A stretch of DNA of 64,000 nucleotides, from the NCBI GenBank assembly GCA_046754465.1, contig JBHHVU010000009.1, forward strand, positions 1-64,000, in the 5' to 3' direction. Of the stretch, positions 1 through 9,266 are shown one piece after another. Source of the DNA: Nitrospinaceae bacterium. GTDB lineage: Bacteria; Nitrospinota; Nitrospinia; Nitrospinales; VA-1. The position numbers and the translations under genes were made by a program. The stretch's first letter is position 1. Each line of letters begins with the position of its first letter. The notes under the pieces are model-generated. The model saw only the letters and a list, made by a program, of their open reading frames with translations, was not told the DNA's origin and made no database searches.

Positions 1-61
1 GAAAATCCGGTGCTCTTCTGGTAAAATGGATCTCTTTATTCATCTCTCTCTGGATGGGATC

Positions 62-1051
62 ATGGAAATTGATAAGGTTATCGGGAAAATGCTCCACGGC
101 TACCAGCCGGCATGCGTGATAACGGCGGCGAACGAACTCGGGATATTCGACCGGTTGAAGGAACCCGCCGAGGCCGGGGCGGTGGCGGAAAAACTCGGTC
201 TTTCACTCAAGGGAACGGAACGGCTGCTCAACGCGCTCGCGGCCCTGGAAATCGTGGTCAAGGAAAACGGCCGATTCCATTTGCCGGAGGAGTGGCAGAA
301 ATATCTGACCAAGGACGGGGACCACTCGATGCAGCAGTGGATTCAACTTTCGGCCGATTTGATTCCGGTCTGGCTCCAGCTAGGAGATTTTGTCCGTTCG
401 GGCAAATTAGTTAAGAGCATCATGGACATGCTCGGGAACGAGCCGGTCCGCATGCGGGCTTTCATCGACGCGATGCACGACAAGGCACTGAAGGCCACGT
501 GGCTCCTCGCGCGGGAACTTCCCATCGGCGACGCCCGGCGGATGCTGGACGTGGGCGGCGGCCCGGGCACCTACTCGCTGGAATGGGCGAAACTGCACCA
601 CCACCTGAAGGCCACGATCTATGACATTCCTCCCGTCCTTGAGGTCGCCAAGGATTATATCCGGCGCTACGGGCTCGAGGACCGGGTGGATACGCGGGCG
701 GGGGATTTCAACAAGGATGATTTCGGAGAGGGATACGACTTGGTGCTTTTGGCAAACGTCCTGCACATGTACGACGAGGCGGCGGGCAGGAACCTGATTG
801 GCAAGGCGGTGCGGGCGCTGGTTCCCGGCGGACGGCTGATCATCCACGGATTCTGCACGGATGACGAGGAAACCGCCCCGGTGGAAGACGCGTTGTTCAA
901 CTTGAGCATGGGCCTGTTCACGGAAGGGGGACGGTCGCACCGGGTGCGGGAAAAATTGGCGTGGCTCGAGGAGGCGGGCCTGTCGGAAATTCGCCATTTC
1001 CGCGTCGATGCCATCCCCACCGGCGTGCTCACCGGGGTGAAACCGAATTGA
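62..1051 (+). CDS. SAM-dependent O-methyltransferase (Methyltransf_2 family with N-terminal dimerisation domain)
   Basis: N-terminal wHTH-like 'TAANELGIFDRL..ERLLNALAALEIV'; SAM motif LDVGGGPG; 'GDF', 'LLANVLH', 'LVPGGRLII'. Start taken at ATG 62 (ORF track starts at 26). Confidence 0.85.
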   Translation: MEIDKVIGKMLHGYQPACVITAANELGIFDRLKEPAEAGAVAEKLGLSLKGTERLLNALAALEIVVKENGRFHLPEEWQKYLTKDGDHSMQQWIQLSADLIPVWLQLGDFVRSGKLVKSIMDMLGNEPVRMRAFIDAMHDKALKATWLLARELPIGDARRMLDVGGGPGTYSLEWAKLHHHLKATIYDIPPVLEVAKDYIRRYGLEDRVDTRAGDFNKDDFGEGYDLVLLANVLHMYDEAAGRNLIGKAVRALVPGGRLIIHGFCTDDEETAPVEDALFNLSMGLFTEGGRSHRVREKLAWLEEAGLSEIRHFRVDAIPTGVLTGVKPN

Positions 1052-1129
1052 ATCTTGCATCCTCTCCGGCTTTCCGGGGGAAAAGGAAGGTTTCTGTTTC
1101 GGCTTGCGAGCCGGGGCCGGGCCGCGGCT

Positions 1130-2053
1130 TTATTTTCTGGCCACGACGATGACCACACCCGCCACCGCGGTGACGGCGCCCAAATACCCCACGAGCCCTA
1201 TGGGTTCCGGCGGCAGACTGCTGGAAACGATTTGCGGAAAAACGATCATCCCGGCCATCGTGATCAGGGGGTTGAGGGTGATCAAGGGACTGATGAGGGT
1301 CAGAGGGATGTGTTTGACCGCCTCCGCAAGGGCGCCGTAGGCCAGGAGGGTATTCAGGCCCAGAAAGAGAAGCAGCAGCCAGTCTCCCACGCCGACACCG
1401 GAGAACTCGGCCCAGGTCACTTGGGCGATCAAGGCCACGGAGGCGACGCCGTAAACCAGAAGGTTCAATGACTGGGCCCCAAAGGAGCGGCTCAGAATTT
1501 TCTGGCAGGAAATATAAACCACCCACACCACCGCCGCAAAAAAAATTTGGATGGTGGCCTCGGAATACAATTCCATATCCTTAACGTGGTGCCGCTGGTC
1601 CAGAAAAAACAGGACCAGTCCCAGGCCCGCCACGGCGAATCCCACGAACTGGAGTTGGGTAAGCCGTTCCTGGAAAAACACCAAACCCACCACGACAAGA
1701 ATCACGGGGGCGATCTGGATCAGGATCGCCACGTTGGAGGGGCTGCTGAGCCGGATGGCCTCGGTGACTCCCAAATAGTTGGCGGAAAGGGAGACACCGG
1801 CTAAAATTCCCAGCCAGGGAGGCTGACGGATAATGGACGCAGGCCGGGACCCCTTCAGCGATAGCAGGACAAACAAGACCAGAAACGCGAAAGAAAACCG
1901 AAACCAGGCGATCGACCCCGGCGAAAAGGTATTCAGTGCGATTTTCTGGAATATGGGCAGGACTCCCCAAAGGGTGGTGGTCACCAGGACCATGGATATG
2001 CCCCGGGCGCAGGACGTTTTGCTCGATGTTCCGGTATCGCTCGACTGCTTCAT
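1130..2053 (-). CDS. DMT/EamA family transporter
   Basis: About 10 hydrophobic segments; 'LWG..PIFQKIAL', 'IAWFRF', 'LVFFQERLT' EamA repeats. Start uncertain (2053 chosen). Confidence 0.85.
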   Translation of the reverse strand: MKQSSDTGTSSKTSCARGISMVLVTTTLWGVLPIFQKIALNTFSPGSIAWFRFSFAFLVLFVLLSLKGSRPASIIRQPPWLGILAGVSLSANYLGVTEAIRLSSPSNVAILIQIAPVILVVVGLVFFQERLTQLQFVGFAVAGLGLVLFFLDQRHHVKDMELYSEATIQIFFAAVVWVVYISCQKILSRSFGAQSLNLLVYGVASVALIAQVTWAEFSGVGVGDWLLLLFLGLNTLLAYGALAEAVKHIPLTLISPLITLNPLITMAGMIVFPQIVSSSLPPEPIGLVGYLGAVTAVAGVVIVVARK

Positions 2054-2135
2054 CCGTTCCTTTCTGGGAGCCTGTAGAATATCACAATAGAGGAACGGCA
2101 AGCCTTGTAAAGTGGGGTGTTTCCAGGGCGGCGTG

Positions 2136-2765
2136 TTATTTCAGCCGCGCGAAATTCTTGAGAAGGGTCAGGCCGAGTTTCTGGCTTTTTTCGGGATGAA
2201 ACTGAAAAGCATGGACATTTTCGTGGTGGATGCTCGAGACGAAATCGATGCCGTACCGGGTGGTGGCGGCCACATCGTCCGGATTTTTGGGGACCACGTA
2301 ATAGGAGTGGACAAAATAAAAATATGAGTTATTTGGAATCGAACTGAAAAGCGGGTTGCCGTGTTTTATTTGGACCGTATTCCAACCCATATGCGGAATT
2401 TTCAAAGGGCCACCGGGATCGGATGGGGAAATCCGGTTGGCGAATCCCACCACTTCACCGGGCAGAACCCCCAAACCCGGCACCTGGCCGAACTCCTCGC
2501 TCTGGTGAAACAATAATTGCAATCCGAGGCAAATTCCGAGGAAGGGTTTGCCACTTTGGACGGATTTGCGAACCACATCGATCAGATTCAGGCGATCGAG
2601 GTTATCCATGCAATCCTTGAAGGCGCCAACCCCGGGGAGGACCACGGCATCCGCGGAAAGGATGACGCTGGGCCGGCTGGTCACCACGGCCCGGGCCCCC
2701 ACGGCCTCGAAGGCTTTCTGGACCGAACGCAGGTTTCCCATGCCGTAATCGATGACGGCGATCAC
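2136..2765 (-). CDS. hisH: Imidazole glycerol phosphate synthase subunit HisH
   Basis: MIAVIDYGMGNLRSV, LPGVGAF, LGICLGLQLL, PHMGWN, YFVHSYY, FQFHPEKS. Confidence 0.97.
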   Translation of the reverse strand: MIAVIDYGMGNLRSVQKAFEAVGARAVVTSRPSVILSADAVVLPGVGAFKDCMDNLDRLNLIDVVRKSVQSGKPFLGICLGLQLLFHQSEEFGQVPGLGVLPGEVVGFANRISPSDPGGPLKIPHMGWNTVQIKHGNPLFSSIPNNSYFYFVHSYYVVPKNPDDVAATTRYGIDFVSSIHHENVHAFQFHPEKSQKLGLTLLKNFARLK

Positions 2766-3353
2766 TTACAGTTTTCCCTTGGTCGAGGGGACATCTTCAC
2801 GGCGGGAGTCGAGGGCGCAAGCTTGATCCATGGCGCGAGCGAAGGATTTGAAGAGGGCCTCGATAATGTGGTGGAGGTTGGTCCAGTAGGGAGAATTGAA
2901 GTGCAGGGTGAGCCCGCTGTTAGCGGAAAACGCCTGAAAAAATTCCTGCACCAGTTCCACGTCGAACTGCCCGATTTTGGATTTGGGGAGATCCAGATTA
3001 AAGACAAAATAGGCGCGCCCGGAGATGTCCACCACGCAGTGGGCCAGGGCCTCGTTCAGGGGAACGGTTGCTTCGGCAAATCTTCGGATCCCTTTCTTGT
3101 CCCCCAAGGCCTCTTGAAAGGCCTGCCCGAGGGTGATTCCAACGTCTTCCACGGTATGGTGGTAGTCGATATGGGTGTCGCCCTTGGCCTTGAGGTTGAG
3201 GTCGAAAAACCCGTGCCGGGCCAGCTGCGACAGCATGTGATCGAGAAACGGAAGGGAGGTTTGAATGTCGTGGGTCCCCGTTCCATCCAGATTGAGGCTC
3301 ACCTCAATTTCGGTTTCGCGGGTGGATCGCTGGACTTGAGAGGTTCTACCCAT
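2766..3353 (-). CDS. hisB: Imidazoleglycerol-phosphate dehydratase
   Basis: RSTRETEI, FLDHML, DYHHTVEDVGI, NLHHIIEALFK, PSTKGKL. Confidence 0.97.
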   Translation of the reverse strand: MGRTSQVQRSTRETEIEVSLNLDGTGTHDIQTSLPFLDHMLSQLARHGFFDLNLKAKGDTHIDYHHTVEDVGITLGQAFQEALGDKKGIRRFAEATVPLNEALAHCVVDISGRAYFVFNLDLPKSKIGQFDVELVQEFFQAFSANSGLTLHFNSPYWTNLHHIIEALFKSFARAMDQACALDSRREDVPSTKGKL

Positions 3354-5340
3354 TCACGGACTGTTTGATTTTCAGGTGGTCTTTTTTGCCGTTGGCCTTA
3401 TATTGTTTTTTCAATTTCCCCCCAAACAAACTTTTACCATTTCCGGAGGAAACCATTTCGGCCACCGATTGAAAATGCGCCAGGATGGTCTCTGACAATC
3501 CATCGGGATCCAGTTTGAGATCCTTGCGCTGCAAGTTGGGGGCGCCGTGTTCGAGGACGATATCCCCCAACCCAATGCATTTGACCATCACCTGGGAAGA
3601 GAGGTTTTCTTCCTGGACCGCTTCGAGGATCGCCGATCCAAAACCGCCCTTGAGGGAGTGCTCCTCGATGGTCACGAAACAGCGGGTGATCCCCGCAAAT
3701 TGATGGAGCAGGTCTTTATCGACAGGTTTGGCGAAGCGGGCATTGATCACCGCCACGCTGATTCCCTCGTTTTTCAGCAAATCCGCCACTTCCCGGGCGG
3801 GCTGGACCATGTGACCGTATGCGAAAACAGCAATGTCGTGTCCTTCCCGGACCACTTCCCCCTTGCCGATCTCCAGGGTTTTGATTTCCGCATCGAGGGG
3901 CACGCCCAGTCCGGAACCCCGAGGATACCTGAGGGCCGCGGGCCCGTGGTGATAGATGGCAGTTTTGAGCATGTGGCGCAGTTCATTTTCATCCTTGGGG
4001 GCCATCAACACCATGTTGGGCAAGGTCCGCAGGAAAGCGATGTCGTAGAACCCCTGGTGGGTGGCGCCATCTTCGCCGACGATTCCCGCCCGGTCCATGG
4101 CGAAGGTGACCGGGAGGTTCATGAGGCAGATATCGTGGACCACCTGGTCGTAAGCTCTTTGCAGAAACGTGGAGTAGATGGCCGCCACAGGCCGGAACCC
4201 TTCGATGGAGAGCGCCCCGGCAAAGGAAACGCCATGTTGCTCGGCCATGCCCACATCGAAGGTTCGCTCTGGAAAGACTTTTCCGAACTTGCTGATCCCG
4301 GTTCCATCGGGCATGGCGGCGGTGATGCCGATGATTTTTTCATCCTCCCGGGCGAGATCGATCAACGCCTCGGCAAAGACCGCGGTGTAGGCCGGGTTGG
4401 CTTTCTTTTTCACGAATTGGCCGGTGGCGATATCGAAGGGTTTGGCTCCATGCCACACGTCGGCTTTTTCCTCGGCCAGTTCATAGCCCTTCCCTTTCCG
4501 GGTCACCACGTGCATCAGGGTGGGACCTTTCAGGTCTTTAATGGAAGTAAAGGTATCAATCAGGGCATCGACATCGTGCCCGTCGATGGGGCCGATGTAG
4601 CGGAAGCCCAAATCCTCGAAGAGGCGCCCGGGAATGAACACCCCCTTGATGGCCTCATCGATCCGGTGGGCGTATCGGGAGATATCTTTCCCGATCCCGG
4701 GGATGGCCAGCAGAAGCTGGTCGATTTCCTGTTTGATTTTAGTCATGACCTGCCCGGTCAAAATTTTGCTCAAATGGGCCGACATCCCGCCGACATTCGC
4801 GGAGATGGACATCTCATTGTCGTTCAGGACGACGATCATGTCGTTCCGGAGATGGCCGGTGTGGTTCAATCCTTCAAAGGCCATTCCGGCGGTGAGGGAG
4901 CCATCGCCGATGATGGCGACGACTTTCCGATTTTCATGTTTCAAATCGCGGGCTTTGGCGAAGGCCAGCGCCGCGGAAATCGAGGTTCCCCCGTGCCCGC
5001 AGTTCCAATGATCGTGCTCACTCTCTTCCCTCTTGGTGAACCCGCACAGGCCCTGGTATTGGCGGATCGTGGAAAACCGTTCTCGTCTGCCGGTCAGCAG
5101 TTTATGAACATAGGTCTGGTGACCCACATCCCAGACAAATTTATCTTCCGGGCTGTCGAACACGTAGTGCAAGGCCAGGGTCAATTCCACGATGCCCAGG
5201 TTGGACGCCAGATGCCCCCCGGTTTTCGAGATGACTTGGAGGAGAGTGTTCCGAATTTCTTTCGCGAGGCGAGGCAATTCTTCCTGCTGGATTTTTTTTA
5301 CATCCTCGGGACCCTTGATATGGTCTAAAAGCTCATTCAT
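3346..5340 (-). CDS. dxs: 1-deoxy-D-xylulose-5-phosphate synthase
   Basis: GGHLASNLGIVELT, WDVGHQTYVHK, GDGSLTAGMAFEGLNH, LNDNEMSIS, FDVGMAEQH, GEDGATHQG. Confidence 0.97.
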   Translation of the reverse strand: MNELLDHIKGPEDVKKIQQEELPRLAKEIRNTLLQVISKTGGHLASNLGIVELTLALHYVFDSPEDKFVWDVGHQTYVHKLLTGRRERFSTIRQYQGLCGFTKREESEHDHWNCGHGGTSISAALAFAKARDLKHENRKVVAIIGDGSLTAGMAFEGLNHTGHLRNDMIVVLNDNEMSISANVGGMSAHLSKILTGQVMTKIKQEIDQLLLAIPGIGKDISRYAHRIDEAIKGVFIPGRLFEDLGFRYIGPIDGHDVDALIDTFTSIKDLKGPTLMHVVTRKGKGYELAEEKADVWHGAKPFDIATGQFVKKKANPAYTAVFAEALIDLAREDEKIIGITAAMPDGTGISKFGKVFPERTFDVGMAEQHGVSFAGALSIEGFRPVAAIYSTFLQRAYDQVVHDICLMNLPVTFAMDRAGIVGEDGATHQGFYDIAFLRTLPNMVLMAPKDENELRHMLKTAIYHHGPAALRYPRGSGLGVPLDAEIKTLEIGKGEVVREGHDIAVFAYGHMVQPAREVADLLKNEGISVAVINARFAKPVDKDLLHQFAGITRCFVTIEEHSLKGGFGSAILEAVQEENLSSQVMVKCIGLGDIVLEHGAPNLQRKDLKLDPDGLSETILAHFQSVAEMVSSGNGKSLFGGKLKKQYKANGKKDHLKIKQSVNG

Positions 5341-5352
5341 ACACGTAACCGG

Positions 5353-6252
5353 TTAAAATGTGCGTTGGACGAAATACCGGGCGATCTCTCTCAGGGGATC
5401 CGCTCGATTGTCAAAGGATTCCAAACAGGCTATGCTTTCTTTCACAAGATTTTCCGCTTTTCTTTTGGACTCCTCCATTCCATAAAGAGAGGGATAGGTC
5501 GCCTTCTTTTTTTCTATGTCGCTCCCCACGTCTTTTCCTAACATTTTCTCATCCCCGGTAATATCCAATATGTCATCGATGATCTGGAACGCCAACCCGA
5601 TGTGGGATCCGTAACGGGACAAGGCGCTCAACTGTTCCGTGGACGCCCGGTTCAGTATGGCGCCGCAACGGATGCAGGCTCGGATGAGAAAACCTGTTTT
5701 ATAAATATGAATATATTCAAGCGTTTCAGGGTCGATGGGCTTTCCTTCTGATTCCAGATCAACCACTTGCCCACCAATGATCCCCGCCGATCCCAAAGCC
5801 TCCGCCATTTCGTGGGCGGCTTTTAAGATATCCTTCGGAGGCAGGGTTTCCATCAACTGGCCGTGGGTCATCAGGATAAACGCCTGGGTCAACAAGGCAT
5901 CTCCCGCCAGAATGGCCACCGCTTCGCCGAACACCTTATGATTGGTGGGTTTACCCCGCCGAAAATCATCATTGTCCAGCGCGGGAAGATCATCATGGAT
6001 CAGGGTATACGTGTGAATCAGCTCCGCCGCTACCGCAAAGGGAAGCACAGATTGCCGGTCCCCTCCCACAGCCTCCGCCGCAGCCATCACCAGTATGGGC
6101 CGTAATCTTTTGCCTCCGGCAAGAACACTGTAACGCATCGATTTATGGATGCCTTGCGGATAGCTCTCTTCCCCGGGCAACAATTCGAGGATAGCGGCAT
6201 CAACTAGTTTCTTGCTTTCGGAAAGATATCGAACCAGATCCAACCCAATCAA
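5353..6252 (-). CDS. ispA: Farnesyl diphosphate synthase / geranyltranstransferase
   Basis: GGKRLRP, LIHDDLPALDNDDFRRGKPTNH, AFQIIDDILD (FARM/SARM motifs); directly upstream of dxs. Confidence 0.93.
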   Translation of the reverse strand: MIGLDLVRYLSESKKLVDAAILELLPGEESYPQGIHKSMRYSVLAGGKRLRPILVMAAAEAVGGDRQSVLPFAVAAELIHTYTLIHDDLPALDNDDFRRGKPTNHKVFGEAVAILAGDALLTQAFILMTHGQLMETLPPKDILKAAHEMAEALGSAGIIGGQVVDLESEGKPIDPETLEYIHIYKTGFLIRACIRCGAILNRASTEQLSALSRYGSHIGLAFQIIDDILDITGDEKMLGKDVGSDIEKKKATYPSLYGMEESKRKAENLVKESIACLESFDNRADPLREIARYFVQRTF

Positions 6253-6322
6253 TTATTCACTTAAATTCAACGGTTTTCGAAACTGCCTTTATAAGTGCAA
6301 ATCCTTATGATGGTAGCGTCAA

Positions 6323-6350
6323 ATGGTATCACAAATCCCCCCACAGTCAA
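6323..6350 (-). promoter_or_regulatory. Candidate sigma-70 promoter for the ispA-dxs-hisB-hisH operon
   Basis: Minus strand TTGACT-N16-TACCAT with TGn extended -10, about 70 nt upstream of ispA. Confidence 0.5.
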
Positions 6351-6999
6351 CACTATTCGTCATATCCTAAAACCGCAAAGACCATTATTTTTAGGATGTT
6401 AACCTGATCGATGACTGGGGGCGATTTCATGCCGGGGACCGTGCCCCATTTCTCAAATCATTTTCACTGCCCCTTTGAAATGAACCGTCCTACGCGGATT
6501 CCCAATCCGGAAATGGGAAGTTTTTTTCGGGAAAATCATGCGCAAGAACTTTTCCTTTGAAAATCCAGGAGGGTCCGTTTTCTGTTCAAAAGAACAAACC
6601 CCTGCCCTGGTCCCTACAAACCCTGCAATCTTTTCGACCATCCAAAGTGAAATCCATTGCCCTGGAATGATTTGAAAAACCCTCCATTGTGGTTTGAACA
6701 AGGAACCGCGAAAGCAGGAAAAAAGCACAAAAAGTTTCGCATGCGGATCTTTTTGATCAAACCCGTTCGCCATGCCAAACATCGAGATGGCAAGCCACTC
6801 GGACCAGCCAGGGACGGCAGCACATCTTTTTACTAGAATTTTCCCTATTTTATTGTAAAATAAGAAGATATTTTTAATAAAGGGCAGTGAAAACCGATCG
6901 GGTATTTTTAATTTCGTTGCCTTATATCCGGTTTTTCAATCCAACGGGTTTCGACTCTCCAATGTCATTCCAGGACTTTCCAAGATAGAGGATTTCACC

Positions 7000-8325
7000 A
7001 TGGCGAATTTAACAGATACTTGGGTGGGAATAGTTTCTCTGATTTTTTTCACCCTGGCTTACATTCTTGTGGTTCTCGAAGAAAAAATCCATATGCGGAA
7101 GTCCAAACCCGTGATTTTAATCGGTTGTTTCATGTGGGCGCTGATCGGGATTTATGAGGCCCAGCATGGCGGGGGAAAATCCCATGAATTCGTCGAGGAC
7201 CTGATCTCGGAAATCGGCCAATTGTTCTTTTTTCTCCTCGTGGCGATGACCTATATCAACACGTTGGATGAACGCAATGTTTTCCAGGCGTTAAGGGCCT
7301 GGCTTCTTAGAAAAGGACTGAATTTCAAAAAACTGTTCTGGGCCACCGGTTTGATCACCTTTTTCCTGTCGCCCATGGCGGATAATCTGACCAGCGCCTT
7401 GTTGATGTCTACCGTGGCCCTGGCGGTCAGCGGGGGAAACCGAAAATTCATCGTTCCGTCGTTTATCAATATCGTGGTGGCCGCCAACGCGGGCGGGGTT
7501 TGGAGCCCTTTCGGCGACATCACCACCCTGATGGTGTGGACCTCGGGGAAAGTCCAAACCCTGGAGTTTGTGGATCTCATGATTCCCTCCGCCGTCAACT
7601 GGCTCGTCCCCGCTTTCATCATGTATCCATTCGTTCCCAAGGGCACGCCCGACGGGAGTCAGGAAGTGGTCAAAATGAAGCCCGGGGCCAAGGTGATCAT
7701 TGGACTGGGTATTTTCACCATCGCCACGGCGGTCACCTTTCACCAGGTTCTGCATCTGCCTCCTTTTCTGGGCATGATGCTGGGTCTGGGACTTTTGATG
7801 ATGAAGGGGTTTTACCTGAAGAATTGGGGAGACAATGCTCTGCTTAAGGAAATGGGGATTGATAAAAACCGCCGGACCCGCCCCCGGTTCGATATCTTCA
7901 AAAAAGTGGAGGGGGTGGAGTTCGACACCCTCCTGTTTTTCTTTGGCGTGCTGACGGCGGTGGGCGCGCTGCAATATATCGGTTACCTTGCGCTGGCCAG
8001 CAATCACCTGTATGGAACCCTCGGCCCCACATGGTCGAATATTGTCGTTGGCATGTTGTCGGCTATCGTGGACAACATCCCGGTCATGTATGCCGTGCTC
8101 AAAATGGACCCGGCCATGGGTCTGGACCAATGGCTCCTCATCACCCTGACCACGGGGGTAGGCGGCAGTTTGCTTTCGGTGGGTTCCGCGGCGGGCGTCG
8201 CGGTCATGGGCGTGGACCGGAAAAATTATACGTTCATGTCCCATTTGAAATGGTTGCCCGTCATCGGTGCGGGCTATATCTGCAGCATTGCCGCCTGGTA
8301 CCTGGTCACCCTGGGGATGCGATAA
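7000..8325 (+). CDS. nhaD: Na+/H+ antiporter NhaD family
   Basis: EEKIHMRKSKP, FFLSPMADNLTSALLM, AANAGGVWSPFGDITT, SAIVDNIP, GGSLLSVGSAAGVAVMG; RBS GAGG upstream. Confidence 0.92.
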   Translation: MANLTDTWVGIVSLIFFTLAYILVVLEEKIHMRKSKPVILIGCFMWALIGIYEAQHGGGKSHEFVEDLISEIGQLFFFLLVAMTYINTLDERNVFQALRAWLLRKGLNFKKLFWATGLITFFLSPMADNLTSALLMSTVALAVSGGNRKFIVPSFINIVVAANAGGVWSPFGDITTLMVWTSGKVQTLEFVDLMIPSAVNWLVPAFIMYPFVPKGTPDGSQEVVKMKPGAKVIIGLGIFTIATAVTFHQVLHLPPFLGMMLGLGLLMMKGFYLKNWGDNALLKEMGIDKNRRTRPRFDIFKKVEGVEFDTLLFFFGVLTAVGALQYIGYLALASNHLYGTLGPTWSNIVVGMLSAIVDNIPVMYAVLKMDPAMGLDQWLLITLTTGVGGSLLSVGSAAGVAVMGVDRKNYTFMSHLKWLPVIGAGYICSIAAWYLVTLGMR

Positions 8326-8353
8326 CATCCTTGAAAATAGCCCCGCCCCCCAA

Positions 8354-9136
8354 CTAATGAATCAATACCCGAGCCAGGGTGAAGACATGGACCCGTTCCG
8401 CTCCCGCTCGTTTCAACACCCGGGACGCCTCGTGGAGGGTGGCTCCCGTGGTAAACACATCGTCCACCAATAAAATTTTTTTCCCTTTCCCCAGTTCCTC
8501 CCGGTTCACCTGGAAGGCTCCCTGGATATTCTTACCGCGCTCGCCCTTCGTCTTTTTGGCTTGCGGTTCGGTTTCCCGAACCCTCCGCAACAACCCGTTG
8601 GCCAGTGGCAACCGCAATACCCGGGCCACCTGTCTGGCGATCAGAAACGATTGATCGAAGGTCCTCTCTCTCATCTTCCGGATATGGAGGGGAACGGGAG
8701 ACACATAAAATTCTTCCCAGGATTCCTCCAAGCCCTTAAAGTAATCCCCTAACATGGGCGTGATTTCCGATATGACTCCGGGTTGTTTCTGGTACTTCAA
8801 GTGATGAATCAACCCCCTCAATACCGTATCGTAGGGTGCCATCGACCGGGCCCGGTCAAACGCAAAAGTTTTTTTGCGGCAGAGGCCGCATTCGAAATCC
8901 GGATGAGGATAATCATAGTCAATTTCCGCGGGCACCCCGCAACAGTGGCAAAAGGGGGGACGAATGAAACGGATCTCATTGCGGCAAATGCCGCACAGGA
9001 AATCTCCGCTGCCGTCACGCGTCCCTCCACAAAAAATGCAACTTCTGGGAAACAGGCCCTCCACGAGAGCCTGGAACATCGCACGCCCTGGCTTTATGAT
9101 CCGCCCGAAAAGTTCAATGATGGTTTGGTCACTCAT
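8354..9136 (-). CDS. comF: ComF family protein (double Zn ribbon + phosphoribosyltransferase domain)
   Basis: CIFC..CGIC..CHCC..CGLC; VPLH; ILLVDDVFTTGATL; VFTLAR. Confidence 0.9.
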   Translation of the reverse strand: MSDQTIIELFGRIIKPGRAMFQALVEGLFPRSCIFCGGTRDGSGDFLCGICRNEIRFIRPPFCHCCGVPAEIDYDYPHPDFECGLCRKKTFAFDRARSMAPYDTVLRGLIHHLKYQKQPGVISEITPMLGDYFKGLEESWEEFYVSPVPLHIRKMRERTFDQSFLIARQVARVLRLPLANGLLRRVRETEPQAKKTKGERGKNIQGAFQVNREELGKGKKILLVDDVFTTGATLHEASRVLKRAGAERVHVFTLARVLIH

Positions 9137-9266
9137 GAGAAAGGAGATCCTTCAAGGCCGATGGAATTATGAAATCTTTTCATATGTTCATCAACCCCAA
9201 TTTATGATATGTTTTCAAATTTCCAAACCCTGACCGCCCACCTCCCACGGGAAAGGACCCCAGGCC

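Noticed and set aside
62..1051. Possible DsyB (DMSP synthesis), CrtF or BchU identity for the methyltransferase
   Set aside because: Same family, but I cannot see diagnostic residues or supporting neighbours; left as a generic O-methyltransferase.
6453..6823. Short ORFs in intergenic regions (6453-6782, 6614-6823, 30557-30907, 45450-45812, 59310-59735)
   Set aside because: No RBS or domain support, atypical composition, or overlap with real genes and promoters.
6780..6999. Fluoride, Na+ or Li+ riboswitch upstream of nhaD
   Set aside because: Only a short 'gagatggc' resemblance; the remaining conserved elements and pairing were not found by eye.
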